Positions 1 through 13,735 of a stretch of DNA of 64,000 nucleotides are shown here, one piece after another. Under the pieces are notes generated by a model that worked only from the letters and a program-made list of their open reading frames with translations, searched no databases and was not told the origin of the DNA. This DNA comes from Octopus sinensis (lineage: Eukaryota), in NCBI RefSeq assembly GCF_006345805.1, contig NC_043009.1:31558001-31622000 (forward strand), in the 5' to 3' direction. A program made the position numbers and the translations under genes. Numbering within the stretch: position 1 is the stretch's first letter; each line of letters starts with the position of its first letter.

Positions 1-261
1 AAGTTAGTTAAGCAGTAAATACTCAACACATGAGGATACATCTCTCAGCATGTTTTAATAGCATCAGAAAATGGCAGGAGCTGTGCCTCTACATGTATCA
101 GACGCTGAAACCCTTACAAGACTGTCTCAACAAAGTCTACAAAATTACTGACAAACAACAGGATTTGCAAATAGTTCAGAAAAACTACAATGACCTCAAT
201 TATAACAACAACAGAAATAATCTTTTCTAATGCAGGCACAAGGCCTGAAATTTGGGGGGAG

Positions 262-432
262 GGAGCTATTCGATCACATCGACCCCAGTGTTTTACTGGT
301 ATTTAATTTATCGACCCTGAAAGAATGAAAGGTAAAATCAACCTTGGCAGAATTTGAACTCAGAACATAGCGACTGGTGAAATACTACTAAGCATGTCAT
401 CCAGTGCACTAGCAATTCTGCCAGCTTGCTGC
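262..432 (-). mobile_element. SINE fragment (tRNA-like head, B-box GAGTTCAAATTC), same family as 36379-36604
   Basis: Reverse strand reads ctggcagaattgctagtg...gttctgagttcaaattctgccaaggttgattttacctttcattctttcagggtcgataaattaaataccagt and aligns by eye with the 36.4 kb copy. Confidence 0.75.
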
Positions 433-2637
433 GTTAACAACAACAGAAATAATACAAACAGGAAGTGGTATTGTTATCTTTATTCCTCAATGTCATAGAT
501 TAGCAGAGAATATATTTCGAAATGAATGCTTCCCGTGGAATAAATGAAAAATGAAATGTTTGAAAGAATAATGCAAACATCTCTGAAGTACCGCAGTAAC
601 GGTGTTAAAGACACCATTATATAACTAAATGATTTTATATTCATACAACATTCACATGGCAATAAAGCAGAAAACATTCTTTCAGTTTGAACATAAGACT
701 TTGATAATTTCAAATTATCCTCAATTTATTCACAAGGGAGTTAGTCTGGTTCATATATATAAAAGCATACTTCCAATAAACAGATATCACAAATAACATT
801 CATAAATCAATGGGAGATATTACTAAACTAGAACTGTAAGATTTCTTAATAAAAACCACCAATACAAAGCATATTTATTTAATAACTGATGTCACCAACC
901 ATTTCATTGGATCACACAGCCCAAAAGAGATTTGAATGCACTGAACACATCTTGGTTTTCAAATAATACATATAATATAACAGGTGATACAATAACATCA
1001 CAACTAAACTCTCTTTACATCCTAAACAATCCACATCTGCAAAACTAACTTTTTACATCTCTTTCACACATTGCATTCTATTCCGCACACACAACTAACA
1101 CAGACCTGCTGGTAAGCAATTCCTTAACTTTTCTTGCATCACCTCACCTTGTCAACACATTGGCACTGGAGAAAAGCAAACACACTTTTATCGACTTCGT
1201 AAAAGCACAAGGAAACGAATACCTTGAAGACACAGAATCAATGTTTTTTAAATTTTTTTAAAGATTCAATCAATGCAATCACCAACATAGATATTGCAAT
1301 ACAAACAAAGCACCAAAAGGAAACAAACAACCTGCTGAAGATGTCGAGAGTGATCGTTTGTTGCCACAACAAACTCTAATTCTCATAGTTGTCCTCGTTA
1401 CACGATGCACACACAGCATTCCAGAGCACTTATACAACAACAACAAACTCAAAATACTATTATTTTATTTTATTTTAAATTCATAACGATATGGGTTTCC
1501 ATTTTGAAAAGAAATACGTTCTTCTGATGTAAACCGTCTGATGTAAACCTGAATTCATTTTTATGTTTTGATTTCACCCAATTTTATCCATCAACATTAT
1601 CCCAGTTGCTAGGAATGGGTTTTAAGTGTTACATTAAATAAAAATTAGAAATCAATTTAGCTATTTCACTCCATATTTTAGCCATTTTATAGGGTTTTGT
1701 TTTAGAATTTCTTGTTACATTTTAAAATTTTCAACAAAAATATAAATCTAATCCTTTATTTATTCCAGCTGATTGACCAAATATTTTGCAATTATGCTAT
1801 CATTTCTCCAACCCATCTCTTGGGTGCAAATGGAAAGCTTTATCAACATCGCCTCCATTTGTAAAAATACAGCCATAGTTTTCTTGTCCTCCCTCCCACC
1901 AAAATTTCATTGATCTTACCCCATACTTTTACAGTTTGTTGATATTAAGAATATTGGTAGTGAGATAATTACTGCATTTATACATTAACTTTCCAATTAT
2001 AATTTACAATTTCCATTTGCAAAGAATTCTGGGAAGTAATAATCATCAACAAATATTTCAGATTAAAATTTATAATTCACGTTTTACTGGTTTTTCTTGT
2101 TCTTTTTTTTTGTTTGTTTTTGTATTATTTGTTATCACATTTTTATAAATAAAATAATAACAGAAAGAAAAAGATAAAACATTTTAACACAAATGATTGG
2201 AAGATTAGAGAGAGGAGGAGAGAAAGAGAGAGAGAGAGAATGAGGGAGAGGCATATAAGGTGTACGAGTGTGTATGTATATATGTGAATGTTTAAAACCA
2301 GAGGAGAAAATATGGAAGATTATGGAAATACATCAATAAATACTATAAGTTCTCGTCTTCGATATATTTTTTTTCTCTTTCTAACCCTGTTTCCAATATT
2401 TATACAATTGCATCATTTGTTTTTCAGTCTGGTGCCGATATTCATGCATTAGTGACATAATGATAACCTGTTAAATTAAAATTGCTATGCCACACAAAAG
2501 TTTGACATTTCTGCTAAAATGCATTTCGATTATTTCTTTGAAATAAAAAAAAAAACACAGAAACATATAGTTCTTCCCCCAACTTGCATATCATATATAC
2601 TTAGCTAAATATGCACACATCCACAACATATATATAT

Positions 2638-2688
<51 letters not shown>

Positions 2689-4340
2689 CACAAAGATTAA
2701 ATATAATATATATATATATATATATTATAATAATATATATATACACAAAGATATAAATATATATATATATATATACATACACAAGATATAAATATATATA
2801 TATATATATATATACACAAAGATATAAATATATATATATGTATGTATAGTATATATATATATACACACACACATAAATATATGCTTGTGTGTGTGTATAT
2901 ATATGGTATATTTTTTAACTGTATCTTTTGATTCGATGAAATATTTATAGAATTTCTAGGGGAAAAAAATGTAACAATTCTCTCTCTTCCTCCATATAAT
3001 GAAAGGTTAATTCCTACCCAGATACAATTTATGAGTTGTGTACTTGTTGTTTATAACAATCATTTATTCATTCAATGTGATAACAGAAACAGAAGCACAT
3101 CAATGCTCAAGGACTTTTAGAGGCATAGATTGGTATCATTTTTTCTTTTTGTCTTACTTTTTATTTATTTTTTTGCTTGTTGTCAAGAACAATAAGGGAG
3201 GATGATTATAGTGTAAACTTTTGCAAGGATTCTATTTCATTCCTGAAGTAACACTATCATGGTAGTTCTTGAAAAAATAAGCACCATTGATATAAATATG
3301 GCACAATGCAGAAATGATTAAGAATTATTTTATTTCTATGAAATATATTCTCAAAGCAAGCTCTTCCATGTCATACTGGAACCATATGTAATGCTTATTC
3401 AGTTAAACAGTTTCGTTTTTTACAATATATTGATGTTTATAGGCTTTAAAATAAATGCCATAAATTATTGTTGTAACTATTCATTTTACTTTTGGCCTCA
3501 GCTTGATGGACATATAAGGGTTTAAAATATGTTCTAAAGGGTCAGTGTTTGTACCCCCTTTATTACTGGTTTATTCATGCAGAATGTGCTCTCATAATTA
3601 TAGACAATGTAATCCTGAAAAACATCATATGCAATGTAATCCTGAAAAATATTATATTCAATATAATCGTGAAATAATATCTTTTGCATAATATGCACTC
3701 ACTTTTCTTTATTTCACAATGTATGGAAGAAGACATGCTTAGTCATATTATAAATGCTGTGTAAAAAGCATTGTAAAACTTCATATATCATAAATGAAAC
3801 AAAAAGGGAAAGGAATTCGAAATTTAAGTTTGAACTTTCCTTGTATAAGCTGTAAAAATGCATCTGCTATAAAATGAGCATTATAGACATTATACAATGT
3901 TATTTCATAAAAACAAGGGGACATTAGACATGAATAAATAAGGTATGTAGGTACTGTACAAAATCAAAATAATGAACGTTCATTTAAAAATCTGAAGTCA
4001 ATGGGAAGAGACTCAGTGTGGTCACTCAGCCTGAAATAGCTACTGAATCTCTATTGTAATAAATCCTGTTGTCTTGTGAAAGGGAAAGACACATTTCACA
4101 GTGTGGTTCTAGATAATACTAAAACAAAACAGAATGGGTCATGGATCTCATTGATCATACGTACAGCCAGATAGACTGAGCATACTTGGGAATTAGGAAT
4201 ATAGATTATGGACTTTGTATAGAGGAATATTGTTTCCAAATTTTATTCATATTTATTCTTAAACAAGAATGTTGTTGACAGTGGCTTCAAAGTCTCAGCC
4301 AGTGAAGCATTGTTTTACGTCTGGCAGAAATATTGAAGTC

Positions 4341-4342
<2 letters not shown>

Positions 4343-4437
<95 letters not shown>
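4343..4437. repeat. (TA)n microsatellite (representative of many)
   Basis: Uninterrupted ~47 TA units. Similar tracts at ~2630-2860, 5297-5375, 8090-8260, 18165-18480, 27960-28095 and 61270-61375. Confidence 0.97.
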
Positions 4438-4438
<1 letters not shown>

Positions 4439-5297
4439 GTACATACATACACACACACACACAGTGTGTGTGTGTGTAATTCTTGTTTAAGAATAATATG
4501 TGTATATATATAGAGATAGAGATAGAGAGATAGATTGTTAGATAGACATAAAGTAGTATTAGTACACACATTATCTCATATTAATGAAGTGAGTTTGATT
4601 ATTATATTTTTATTTTTTATTTTGGAATTAAGTTTTGGTGACAAGGAGAGTGGTAAGGGAGAACAGATTTTGTATTTAATTAAAATAAATTGGTAAAATT
4701 CCTCCAGAGAGCAGCAATGAAAGCAACACAAATCTTAAATATATACGGAACCAAAATAGTAACTAGGGCTGAAATACTGGACAGAATAATTGATAATTTT
4801 TACCTTAAAAGATTATATATAGTAGTTGAAGAGATTTTTTATTATTTATAGGGTTTAGAAGTTCTAAATTCTTAATTATTTTTCAACATCTTTGATAAGA
4901 TGTCAAGATTAGGCTTCTTAATTTAGAATTAACAAGACTGTTGATAGTTGGAAAACATAGTTGGAAAACATTTTACATTTACAGGGAAGAAAGATTGCTT
5001 GATATAACCTTGGCTGGAATGATGCTATTAGATGGCAACATCCTGCTGTGTTCAGAGATACACATGATGGTAGTTATTTCTGATAAGAAAAACCAAAAAC
5101 CAAAAATCAAAAATGGTTCTACCTTCAATAACAGAATCTAGTTTTTGAAATTCTTTTGATTTTGAAGTTGATATTTAATGGTAGACTAAATAAAGGAAAT
5201 TCAAAGGAGCCTGAAATTGAAGAAGTTAAATGAAGCCTGGATGAAAGATGAAGAGAATCATATCTGTAAATTCTCAGACAAAAGTCTACTGAGGAAT

Positions 5298-5377
<80 letters not shown>

Positions 5378-5524
5378 GGTATTGATTAATTGGGTTGGTA
5401 GAAGGTCATAGATTATTCTAAGAATAATAAGTAACTGATGGTAAGATCACCGCTTATTTTAAGTGACCACATGGGGAAAATGAAGGGCAATGTTATTTCC
5501 AGTTGTATTGCAATTCAAGACAGG

Positions 5525-5526
<2 letters not shown>

Positions 5527-5577
<51 letters not shown>

Positions 5578-5600
5578 TAGTAGTAGTAGTAGTAGTGGTT

Positions 5601-5640
<40 letters not shown>

Positions 5641-5738
5641 CAGCAGCAGCAGCAGTAGCTACAGTTGCAGCAGTAGTAGTAGTAATAGCAACTGCAGTTG
5701 CAGCAGTAGTAGTAGTAGTAACAGCTCCAGCAGCAGCT

Positions 5739-5774
<36 letters not shown>

Positions 5775-5915
5775 ACAGCATCAGCAGCAGTAGTAGTAGT
5801 AGTAGTAGTAGCAGCAGCAGTATTAGCAGTAGCTTCAGCAGTATTAGTAGTAGCAGCATCAGTATTAGTAGTAGCAGCAGCAGTATTAGTAGTAGTAGCA
5901 GCAGCAGCAGTAGTA
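5527..5915. repeat. Compound (AGT)n/(AGC)n trinucleotide array
   Basis: agtagtagt/agcagcagc mosaic. It explains the poly-S/V/T/L ORFs at 5438-6004. Confidence 0.95.
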
Positions 5916-6429
5916 GTATGGTTGTGACTGTGCATTGCTACATCTGCCATTTGTTTGGGATTTCCTACTCCTGACAAACGACACTTTATACCCAACCCCT
6001 GCACTTAGGTGACAATCCTCCAACCCATGGGTCTGTTTGAGTAACTGTTGCTGGTGAGCATCCTACAAGGTCAGGGTTCAAATCCTACTTCAACCCCTTT
6101 TTGATGCCTTTTTTGCAACACAAAAAAAACATTGGTTCTATTCTATGACACGGCAGCACTAGAACAACATGGAATAAAGTATTTTGTTCAAGAACACAAC
6201 ACACCACCCAGTCGAGGAACTGAACCCATGATCTGGCAATCAGGAATGCAACACCCTAACCACTATACCACATACCTTCACTAAGCAATGAATCTAAATG
6301 TGTATGGCGTTGGTTTATTTTTAGTTCCTGGACTGAGTGGTGATTTGTGTTTTTCAACAGTGCCACATCATTTTCCACTTGCCAGGTATACTCAGCCAAA
6401 ATGACTACAGCCTAGTTCTAGTGCAGCCC

Positions 6430-6863
6430 CCTACCTCTCTCTCTAGACCTCCCTCTCTCTCTCTCTTTCTTTCTCGCTACTTCTCTCTCCCTCTCTCTTT
6501 CTCTCTCACCCTCTCTATTTGTCTCTCTCCCTCTCTATTTGTCTCTCTCCCTATCTCTCTTTGTTTCCCACCCTCTTTCTTTCTTTCCCTTTACTTCTCT
6601 CTCTCCCTCTCTTTCTTTCTCTCTCCCTCTCTCTCTCCCTCTCTCTCCTTCTCTCTCCCTCTCTTTCTTTCTCTATCCCTGTCTCTTTCTCTCTCTCCCT
6701 CTCTCTCTTTGTCTCTCCCTCTCTCCCTCTCTCTTTCTCTCTCTCCCTCTCTCTCTCTATGTCTCTCCCTCTCTCTTTGTCTCTCTCCCACTCCCTATTT
6801 GTCTCTCCTTCTCTTTCTCTCTCTCTCCCTCTCTCTCTCTTTCTCTCCTTCTCTCTCCCTTTA
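6430..6863. repeat. ~430-bp homopyrimidine (CT-rich) tract
   Basis: Almost pure C/T on the + strand with ctctctccct variants. Confidence 0.95.
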
Positions 6864-7514
6864 GCTGACACATACTCAACGTTCAACTGGGTGAAAGGAC
6901 CAAGATGGCATTTACATTGCTCTCAAGAACATAGGCATCCAAATCAATTAGCAAACACTCACTACAAGCTACAAGGCCATACTCGCTTGCAAGTGATGGC
7001 TAAGCTATTTTGTTTCATAAAATTTGTGGCTGGAGTCTTTATGATGGAACCTGGAAAAAACATTAAACTATGGAAATATATGTTCACAATGGACCATTGT
7101 AGAAAGAAGGTGTCTCTCTCCATTGCTAAAACTATCACCTACTCCGCCAACCAAATAATTCAGTGAATTTACTAGAATTTATGAGTGTATAATCAATACT
7201 GGTATTCAGGAACTAGCAGACAATGTGTGTGTAGGAGTGTGTATTTGTGTGTGTGTGTGTGTGTGTGTTTGTGTGTGTGTGCATGTGTGTGTGTGTGTGC
7301 ATGTGTGTGTGTGTCTACATGTTTCACAATATGATTTTCACTTTCACTTTTACATGTAAAGTGCATGTATGTGTGTGTGTATATATATATACATGATTAT
7401 ATATATATATATATATAATATAATATATATATATATATATATACATGTATGTATATATATGTTTGTATTTGCATATAAACCATACATGTATGTATGCATG
7501 TATGTATGTGTGTG

Positions 7515-7559
<45 letters not shown>

Positions 7560-8096
7560 GTATTTATGTATGCATGCAAATATATATATATAATATATAT
7601 AATATACATATATGTGTATGTAGATAAATATACACATATACATATGTGTGTATGTGTATATGTATGTGTGTGTATATGTGTATATATATAAATGTGTTTG
7701 TGTGCTGTTTGTGTGTGTGTGTGTGCACACACACAGATATGTGTGTGTGAAATATGTATTGTTCGTTATTGTTGAAGCTGTTAATTAGCAAGGTAAATAT
7801 TGTCCCATAACCAACCCACAACAATACAAACAGCAAAGCCTGAGAATAGAATAAGACTATCTAATGGTGTAATGTATGTAGAAGAATGCTTTATCGACAC
7901 ACACAGCTATATATACACACCACTATATAGAGCACCCTAGAGATATAAATCACCGCAAAATGGACATTAATTCTACACACATTGTATACACAGTCTTATT
8001 GTTAATCTCTTTATTGGTTTCGGCATGCAAGGAAAATTTCTTTATCTTATCATCTTGCAGGTTACTTACTGAATCAGACACACACTCACGTATATA

Positions 8097-8179
<83 letters not shown>

Positions 8180-8225
8180 ATATCTATATATATATATATA
8201 TTATATATATATATATGTATGTATG

Positions 8226-8269
<44 letters not shown>

Positions 8270-8489
8270 TTTGAATATGTATAGATAGGTATGTGTTCTG
8301 TGTGTGGGTGTGTGTGTATATGTGTGAGTGTGTGTAAAGTGTATGAGAAAAGGAGGTGGGGGAGTGAGAGAGAGAGACAATTGTGTGTGTTAACATGTGT
8401 AACATTGTACATCTTTGCAGATGCGTATGTATGCAGGTAGACTTAGGTATGTATATGCACGTGTACATAGGTATTGCCTTTGGGTGTCT

Positions 8490-8875
8490 GTACGTTTGTA
8501 GCTTTTCTAGCTCTTCAGTTGTTTCAGTAATTGGACTGTGGTCATGCTGGAGCACTGTCATGAACAGTTTAATCAAGCAAACCAACCTTTAGCTTAGTAC
8601 ATCTTTTATCAGTTTTTTTTGTTGAACTGCTAAGTTATGGTAGCATAACGAAACCAACACCAGCTGTCAAGCAGTGGCAGAGGGACAAGGACAAACACAG
8701 ACACTCAAACACATACACACACATATATATGACAGGCTTCATTCAGTTTCCATCTACCAAATCCATTCACAAAGCTTTGGTTGGCTTGGGGCAACCAAGG
8801 TGCCACACAGAGGAACTAGACCCATAGTTTGCTTCCCAACCCATGTGATATATGCTTCCTTATCACAGCCACACC
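8490..8875 (-). mobile_element. Diverged CORE-type SINE, same family as 55779-56217
   Basis: Shares the tail (agcactgtc...caagcaaaccaacc...gctaagttatgg...aacaccagctgtcaagcagtgg) and the head region in reverse orientation. Confidence 0.7.
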
Positions 8876-9029
8876 TGTATCTATGTATATAATAACAACA
8901 ATAGTAATTATTATCCTCATCCTCCTCCACCTCATCCTCATCATATAAAGCGCTATGAATACTACTTTCGTCCTTCACTAAGCACTAAAGTTAACTTCAA
9001 AATTACCAAATTCTTCAAAGCTGATCTTT

Positions 9030-9402
9030 TATTTGTTTTGGTCATTAGACTGCAACCATGCTGGATCACTGCTTTGAAGAATTCTTAGATGATCGAATCT
9101 GTCCCAGGATTTATTTTCCTTATGCCTGATACTTATTCTATTGGTTTCATTTGCTGATCTACTAAGTTATGGAAGTAGAAACACACCAATACCATTTGTC
9201 AAGTGGCAGTGGGGGACAAAAACAAATACAAAGACACATCTACTTAGAGATATGTGCAACAGGCTTCTTTGAGTTTCCTTTTACCAAATCCACACCCAAG
9301 GCTTTAAATGACCCAAAGCTATAGAAGACACTTGCCCAAAGTGCCACGTGGTGGGACTGAACCCAGAACTATGTAGCTAGAAGCAAACTTCTTACCATAC
9401 AG
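9030..9402 (-). mobile_element. Diverged CORE-type SINE, same family as 55779-56217
   Basis: agacacttgcccaaagtgccacgtggtgggactgaacccagaac is the reverse complement of the head+CORE segment. Confidence 0.75.
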
Positions 9403-9503
9403 CCAGAAAAGAATTCAAGAATGGTAAAAAAAATTACAAAGCAATGAATGAGAGAACACAATAAATGGATTTTAGTTTTGCACTTTAAGGAAGAAATAGA
9501 GAG

Positions 9504-9573
9504 AGCATAGGGCATAGTGGTTAAGAGTGTAGGCTACTGACCCCAAGATTCCGAGTTTGATTCCAGGCAGTGA

Positions 9574-9660
<87 letters not shown>

Positions 9661-9843
9661 CAACATCGAAAAATAGCTTAGGAATGAGAACCCAGGTCTG
9701 AAATTTCCTCCAAACACCTGATGAAGGCTGGAAGGTCTATCAGCTGAAACATTGTGTTAACAACAAACAAGATGAGGACAAATATCTGTCAAATGTAAAT
9801 AATGTAAATAATGTACATAATAACTCATCTCTGAAATATAGAG
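9504..9843 (+). mobile_element. Solo tRNA-headed, hammerhead-bearing element (family A), flanked by a 39-bp direct repeat
   Basis: A-box-like ggcatagtggtt, B-box-like gagtttgattcc, (AAT)n, then an HHR and a 3' tail ending ctcatctctgaaatatagag. Identical atggattttagttttgcactttaaggaagaaatagagag at 9465-9503 and 9844-9882. Confidence 0.88.
9713..9758 (+). ncRNA. Minimal type I hammerhead ribozyme, family A (partly decayed)
   Basis: AACAC-CTGATGA-A-GGCTG-(10 nt)-CAGCT-GAAA-CATT-GTGTT. Stem I AACAC/GTGTT, stem II GGCTG/CAGCT. Stem III ACAT is ACGT in the 39.5 kb copy. Confidence 0.75.
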
Positions 9844-12107
9844 ATGGATTTTAGTTTTGCACTTTAAGGAAGAAATAGAGAGTGAGGGAGAGGGGGGTGG
9901 AAGAGAGAGCAGGAGAGGGAGCTTGCGAGTTTGGTCTTTTGGAGAGTGATTCTGCAATGGGAATGGTAGGAGGGAAAAAGAGAAAAGCGTGTATTTATTT
10001 ATTTATTTACAAGGAGAAGAGAAAATTGCAATGTTTTCTGTAAATCTTTGATTGGTGAAATAAACATCAGAGATGCTTTGACCCCAGCAGAATCTGCAGG
10101 AGATATGCAAAGGTTTTTCAAGCCCTCTTTCTTAATCCATTGCAATGCTGGAAACCCTTCTGTCATGTCAGCAGGAATCTTTAGAAATTCTTCTATGAAA
10201 TAATTGTTGCAAACACAGACAAATGCTGTTTTCTTTGAATTCTTGCTTTTAGTTTATAGTTGAAAGGTTTGATCCAAGAATATTCCTGGGGCTTAGTTTC
10301 TTGACCATGGAGGGATTTCAAAAGCTAAGACAAACTCAACTGACTTTGAACTGTGTCAAAGAGAGATGAACTTCAAATACTATACAAATATTTAATCTAG
10401 AGTTCAGTGAATTTGCAGTGTTGTTCATGTGTTGGATTGAATGTTTTATGGTATCTGTTATGACTCAGAACACTCTGAGTTCAAATCCCACCAAGGTCAA
10501 CTTTGCCTTCGATTTTCTTTGAAATTCATAAATATAATACCAATTCCAGATGATGCATTGGCAGAATTGCTAGAGTGCCATATGAGATGCTCTGTGGTAA
10601 CTCTTCTGACTTTTGATCAAAAGATCACAAATTCCATCAAGACTCCAATAGCTAGAACTAATTGCTTGAGTGTCAGACCAACCTGTTCAAGCCATATTTG
10701 GCCAGAATAGATAGCCAGGTCTATAATCAGCATAGAAAAAGCCAGGACAGAAAAAGAATCACCACCACCACCACCACTACCACCATCATCATAATTTAAC
10801 ATCTATTGTCCATGCTGGCATGGATTGGACAGTTTGACAGGAGCTGGCAAGCCAGAGGGCTGCACCAGGGCCCAGTTTGTTTTGACATGGTTTCTACAAC
10901 TGCATGCCCTCCGTAATACCAACCACTTTATAGAGTGTTCAGGGCACTTTTTTACATGGCACCAGGAATTAAATCATTTCTTCCAATACCAAATTCTTGC
11001 TCATGTTTTTTTTCTTTCCCCCCATTATGTGAGTTTCTATGCCCTGATATTAGAGTCTTTCCTATATTTAATATATGATGAAAGCTTATAAATTCTATTT
11101 ACAAAATATTGATCTGACCTTTACCCTAGTTAATCACAGTTGTTAAATAACCAATCACTTAACAGTAACAAATTAAAAGCACCCTGAATCGTTGCCTTTT
11201 TGCAGTAGCATTTGTTCCCCTCTGCTCCTGTAAAACAGTCATACATCAACTGGCATCCTTAAAGTGGTAATTTCACATACTTCCTATTCACAAAACTCGG
11301 TTCTAGATCTATTACACAGCATTGTCAAAGTAAATTATGTAAATTTCCCTCTAGCCCGAGATAAATTTTATTGACTAAATTGACATCTGTTTTCTATTTA
11401 TTATTGATTATATATTAGTTTTTATGTTGAGTGGGTCGGTGAGGGTGGGTATTAGGGTGTGGGTAAGGGGAGATAGAGCTTTTGCTTTTGTTTATTCATT
11501 TTTGCTGTTTCGTTTTAATTTTGTTTTTTTAATTCTTTTTTGAATACATAAAATTTATGGCTGTGTAACCAGATGTATTCAGTCAGTTTGACTTTGTTGC
11601 TTATCATTTTTACCAAATTCTTCACACACCACACACACACACACACCACACACACACACACAGATGCACATTCACTCATCCTCTCTCTCTCTCTCTCTCT
11701 CTCATATGCACTTATACACACACTCTTGCTGTCTCTCTGACATACACATATAGAGCTCTTCTCTCTCTCTCTCATACTCAGAGATACCCTCTATATCTTT
11801 TTATCTCTCTCCTTCACTCTCTTTCTATAACATCTGCCTCTCTTTTTCTCCAATAATATGATTAAATTATCGATTTTTCTCCTATATTTGTTTTAAAACT
11901 AGCTATCGAATAAACAAGCAATGAAAGTGGTAAAAAGTATTCACAGATCATCTTTTATTCATATTTCACTTCATCATTAACTAATATCCACTGTTTCTAA
12001 ACTGTATGTATCTATGTCATATAAGAAATATATGTATGCATAAATATATACACACATACATACGTATATGTATATATATATATGTGTATGTACGTACCTG
12101 TGCGTAT

Positions 12108-12189
<82 letters not shown>

Positions 12190-12369
12190 CTGTGTGTGCA
12201 TTCATACATAATGTATGTAAGCATAGATTCTGCTTCTAAAAATCTTGATACTCTGATTTGTCTGTTAGTAATTCCTGTACTTATGATAAAAGGATATTGG
12301 ATGGGAAAATAATAATATATTATTTAATCTAAATCTCAACCTTGAACTGCAGTTCACTCAAACCAATCC

Positions 12370-12784
12370 TCTTTTATCCCCACAACTCTTCCTCTTCCTC
12401 ATCCATCTCTTCCTCCTCCTCCTCCTCCACCCCATCTGCCTCTTCTTTTTCTTCCTCCTCCTCTTTTTCGTCATCCTTATCGTCATCATCATCGTCATCA
12501 CCATCACCACAACCACCACCGTCATCATCATCATTTTCATGGCCATTATAAACATCATTATCGTTTGTCATTTTGATTAACATTTTTACCGAACTAGTTG
12601 TCTTGGACACATCTGGAATTCATCATCAATTCTCTGTTCTTCTAAATTCTATAAAATTGTCATCTGGAGTTTCACTATTCCCATATCTAACAAAAGCATT
12701 TTCACACAAAATGACTTATTTTTGTTTTTCTCCCTGCACTCATTTTCTGCTAATTATACCTTTTGTTCATGCAGGTGCCACTGG

Positions 12785-12816
<32 letters not shown>

Positions 12817-13605
12817 TCATCCTCATCATCACTCTTAGCATCTTTGATGCCAGCATAACCATTATCCTCCTCCTCATCATTATCATAACCATCATCATTG
12901 TTATCCTCATCATTGTTGTTATCATCATCGTTGTCATCGTCGTCATTGTCATCACCATTGCCATTGTTATTGTTGTCATCATCATCATCATCATAACTAT
13001 TATCATAAACCAACATTATCACTGGTCCCATCATCATTGTCATTTTCGACGTCCTTATCTTCCTCCTCCTTCTCACCATCATCATCATCATCATCAATGG
13101 CAGTGGTGTTGCTCTTTTAATCATCATTTCTTGTCCACTTTCCATGCTGGCATGGGTTGGACAGGATTGATACCCTCCTACATAGTTTGGAGGAGCACAT
13201 CTCCTGTGGCCATGCTCTGATGCTCTTCCTAACAATAATCACTCTACAGGTTGTACTGGATGCCTTTCACCATGGCGCCAGACACGGGAGAAGTTTTCTT
13301 CTCAGCAAAATCAAAAGTTTTTCTTGACTCTATTATTGTCTCTGCTTTTGACTTCTTCATTACAAACTGTCTCATATGTATTGTATTGTGTGTGTGTGTG
13401 TGTGTGTGTGTGTTGAAAATAATGATGATAAATGATGATGATGATGATGAGGACGATGATGATGACGACGACGACGGCGACGATGATGATGATGATGATC
13501 ATTATGATGACGATGATGATGATTAAAATGATGACAATGATGATGATGACGATGATGACGACGACGACGACGATGATGATGATGATGTTGATGACAACGA
13601 CGACA

Positions 13606-13642
<37 letters not shown>

Positions 13643-13643
13643 C

Positions 13644-13675
<32 letters not shown>

Positions 13676-13735
13676 CGATGATGATGATGATGACGATGAT
13701 GACAACGAATATGATGATGATGCCACTGCCACCGA
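12370..13735. repeat. Cluster of (CAT)n/(GAT)n/(CTC)n trinucleotide arrays with an embedded (GAT)-tailed repeat fragment
   Basis: Arrays at 12370-12540, 12786-13095 and 13430-13735. SINE-like ttccatgctggcatgggttggac at ~13140. Confidence 0.9.

Noticed and set aside
3605-3680. Short direct repeats with spacers (27-bp unit x3; also 12-13-bp units at 48385-48420)
   Set aside because: Simple tandem duplications without unique spacers or cas genes, in a eukaryotic context; not CRISPR.
5438-6004. Overlapping poly-Ser/Thr/Val/Leu ORFs
   Set aside because: Trinucleotide array read in stop-free frames. The same applies to the poly-D/H/I/M ORFs at 12.3-13.8, 17.5, 26.4, 38.0, 42.8 and 44.4 kb.
7960-8070. 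Signal-peptide-like [24 protein letters not shown]
   Set aside because: No usable donor site and it runs into (TA)n; hydrophobic runs are expected in T-rich DNA.
8861-8871. TATCACAGCCA, identical to the 5' end of miR-2 family microRNAs
   Set aside because: It lies in a diverged SINE head (consensus cttaccacacagccactcc); the 3' half does not match and there is no precursor hairpin.
10000-10260. ~80-codon open minus frame (…YFIEEFLKIPADMTEGFPALQW…); similar open frames at 23920-24200 and 63000-63560
   Set aside because: No motif I can recognise; may be old transposon debris. tBLASTn/HMM searches would be needed.
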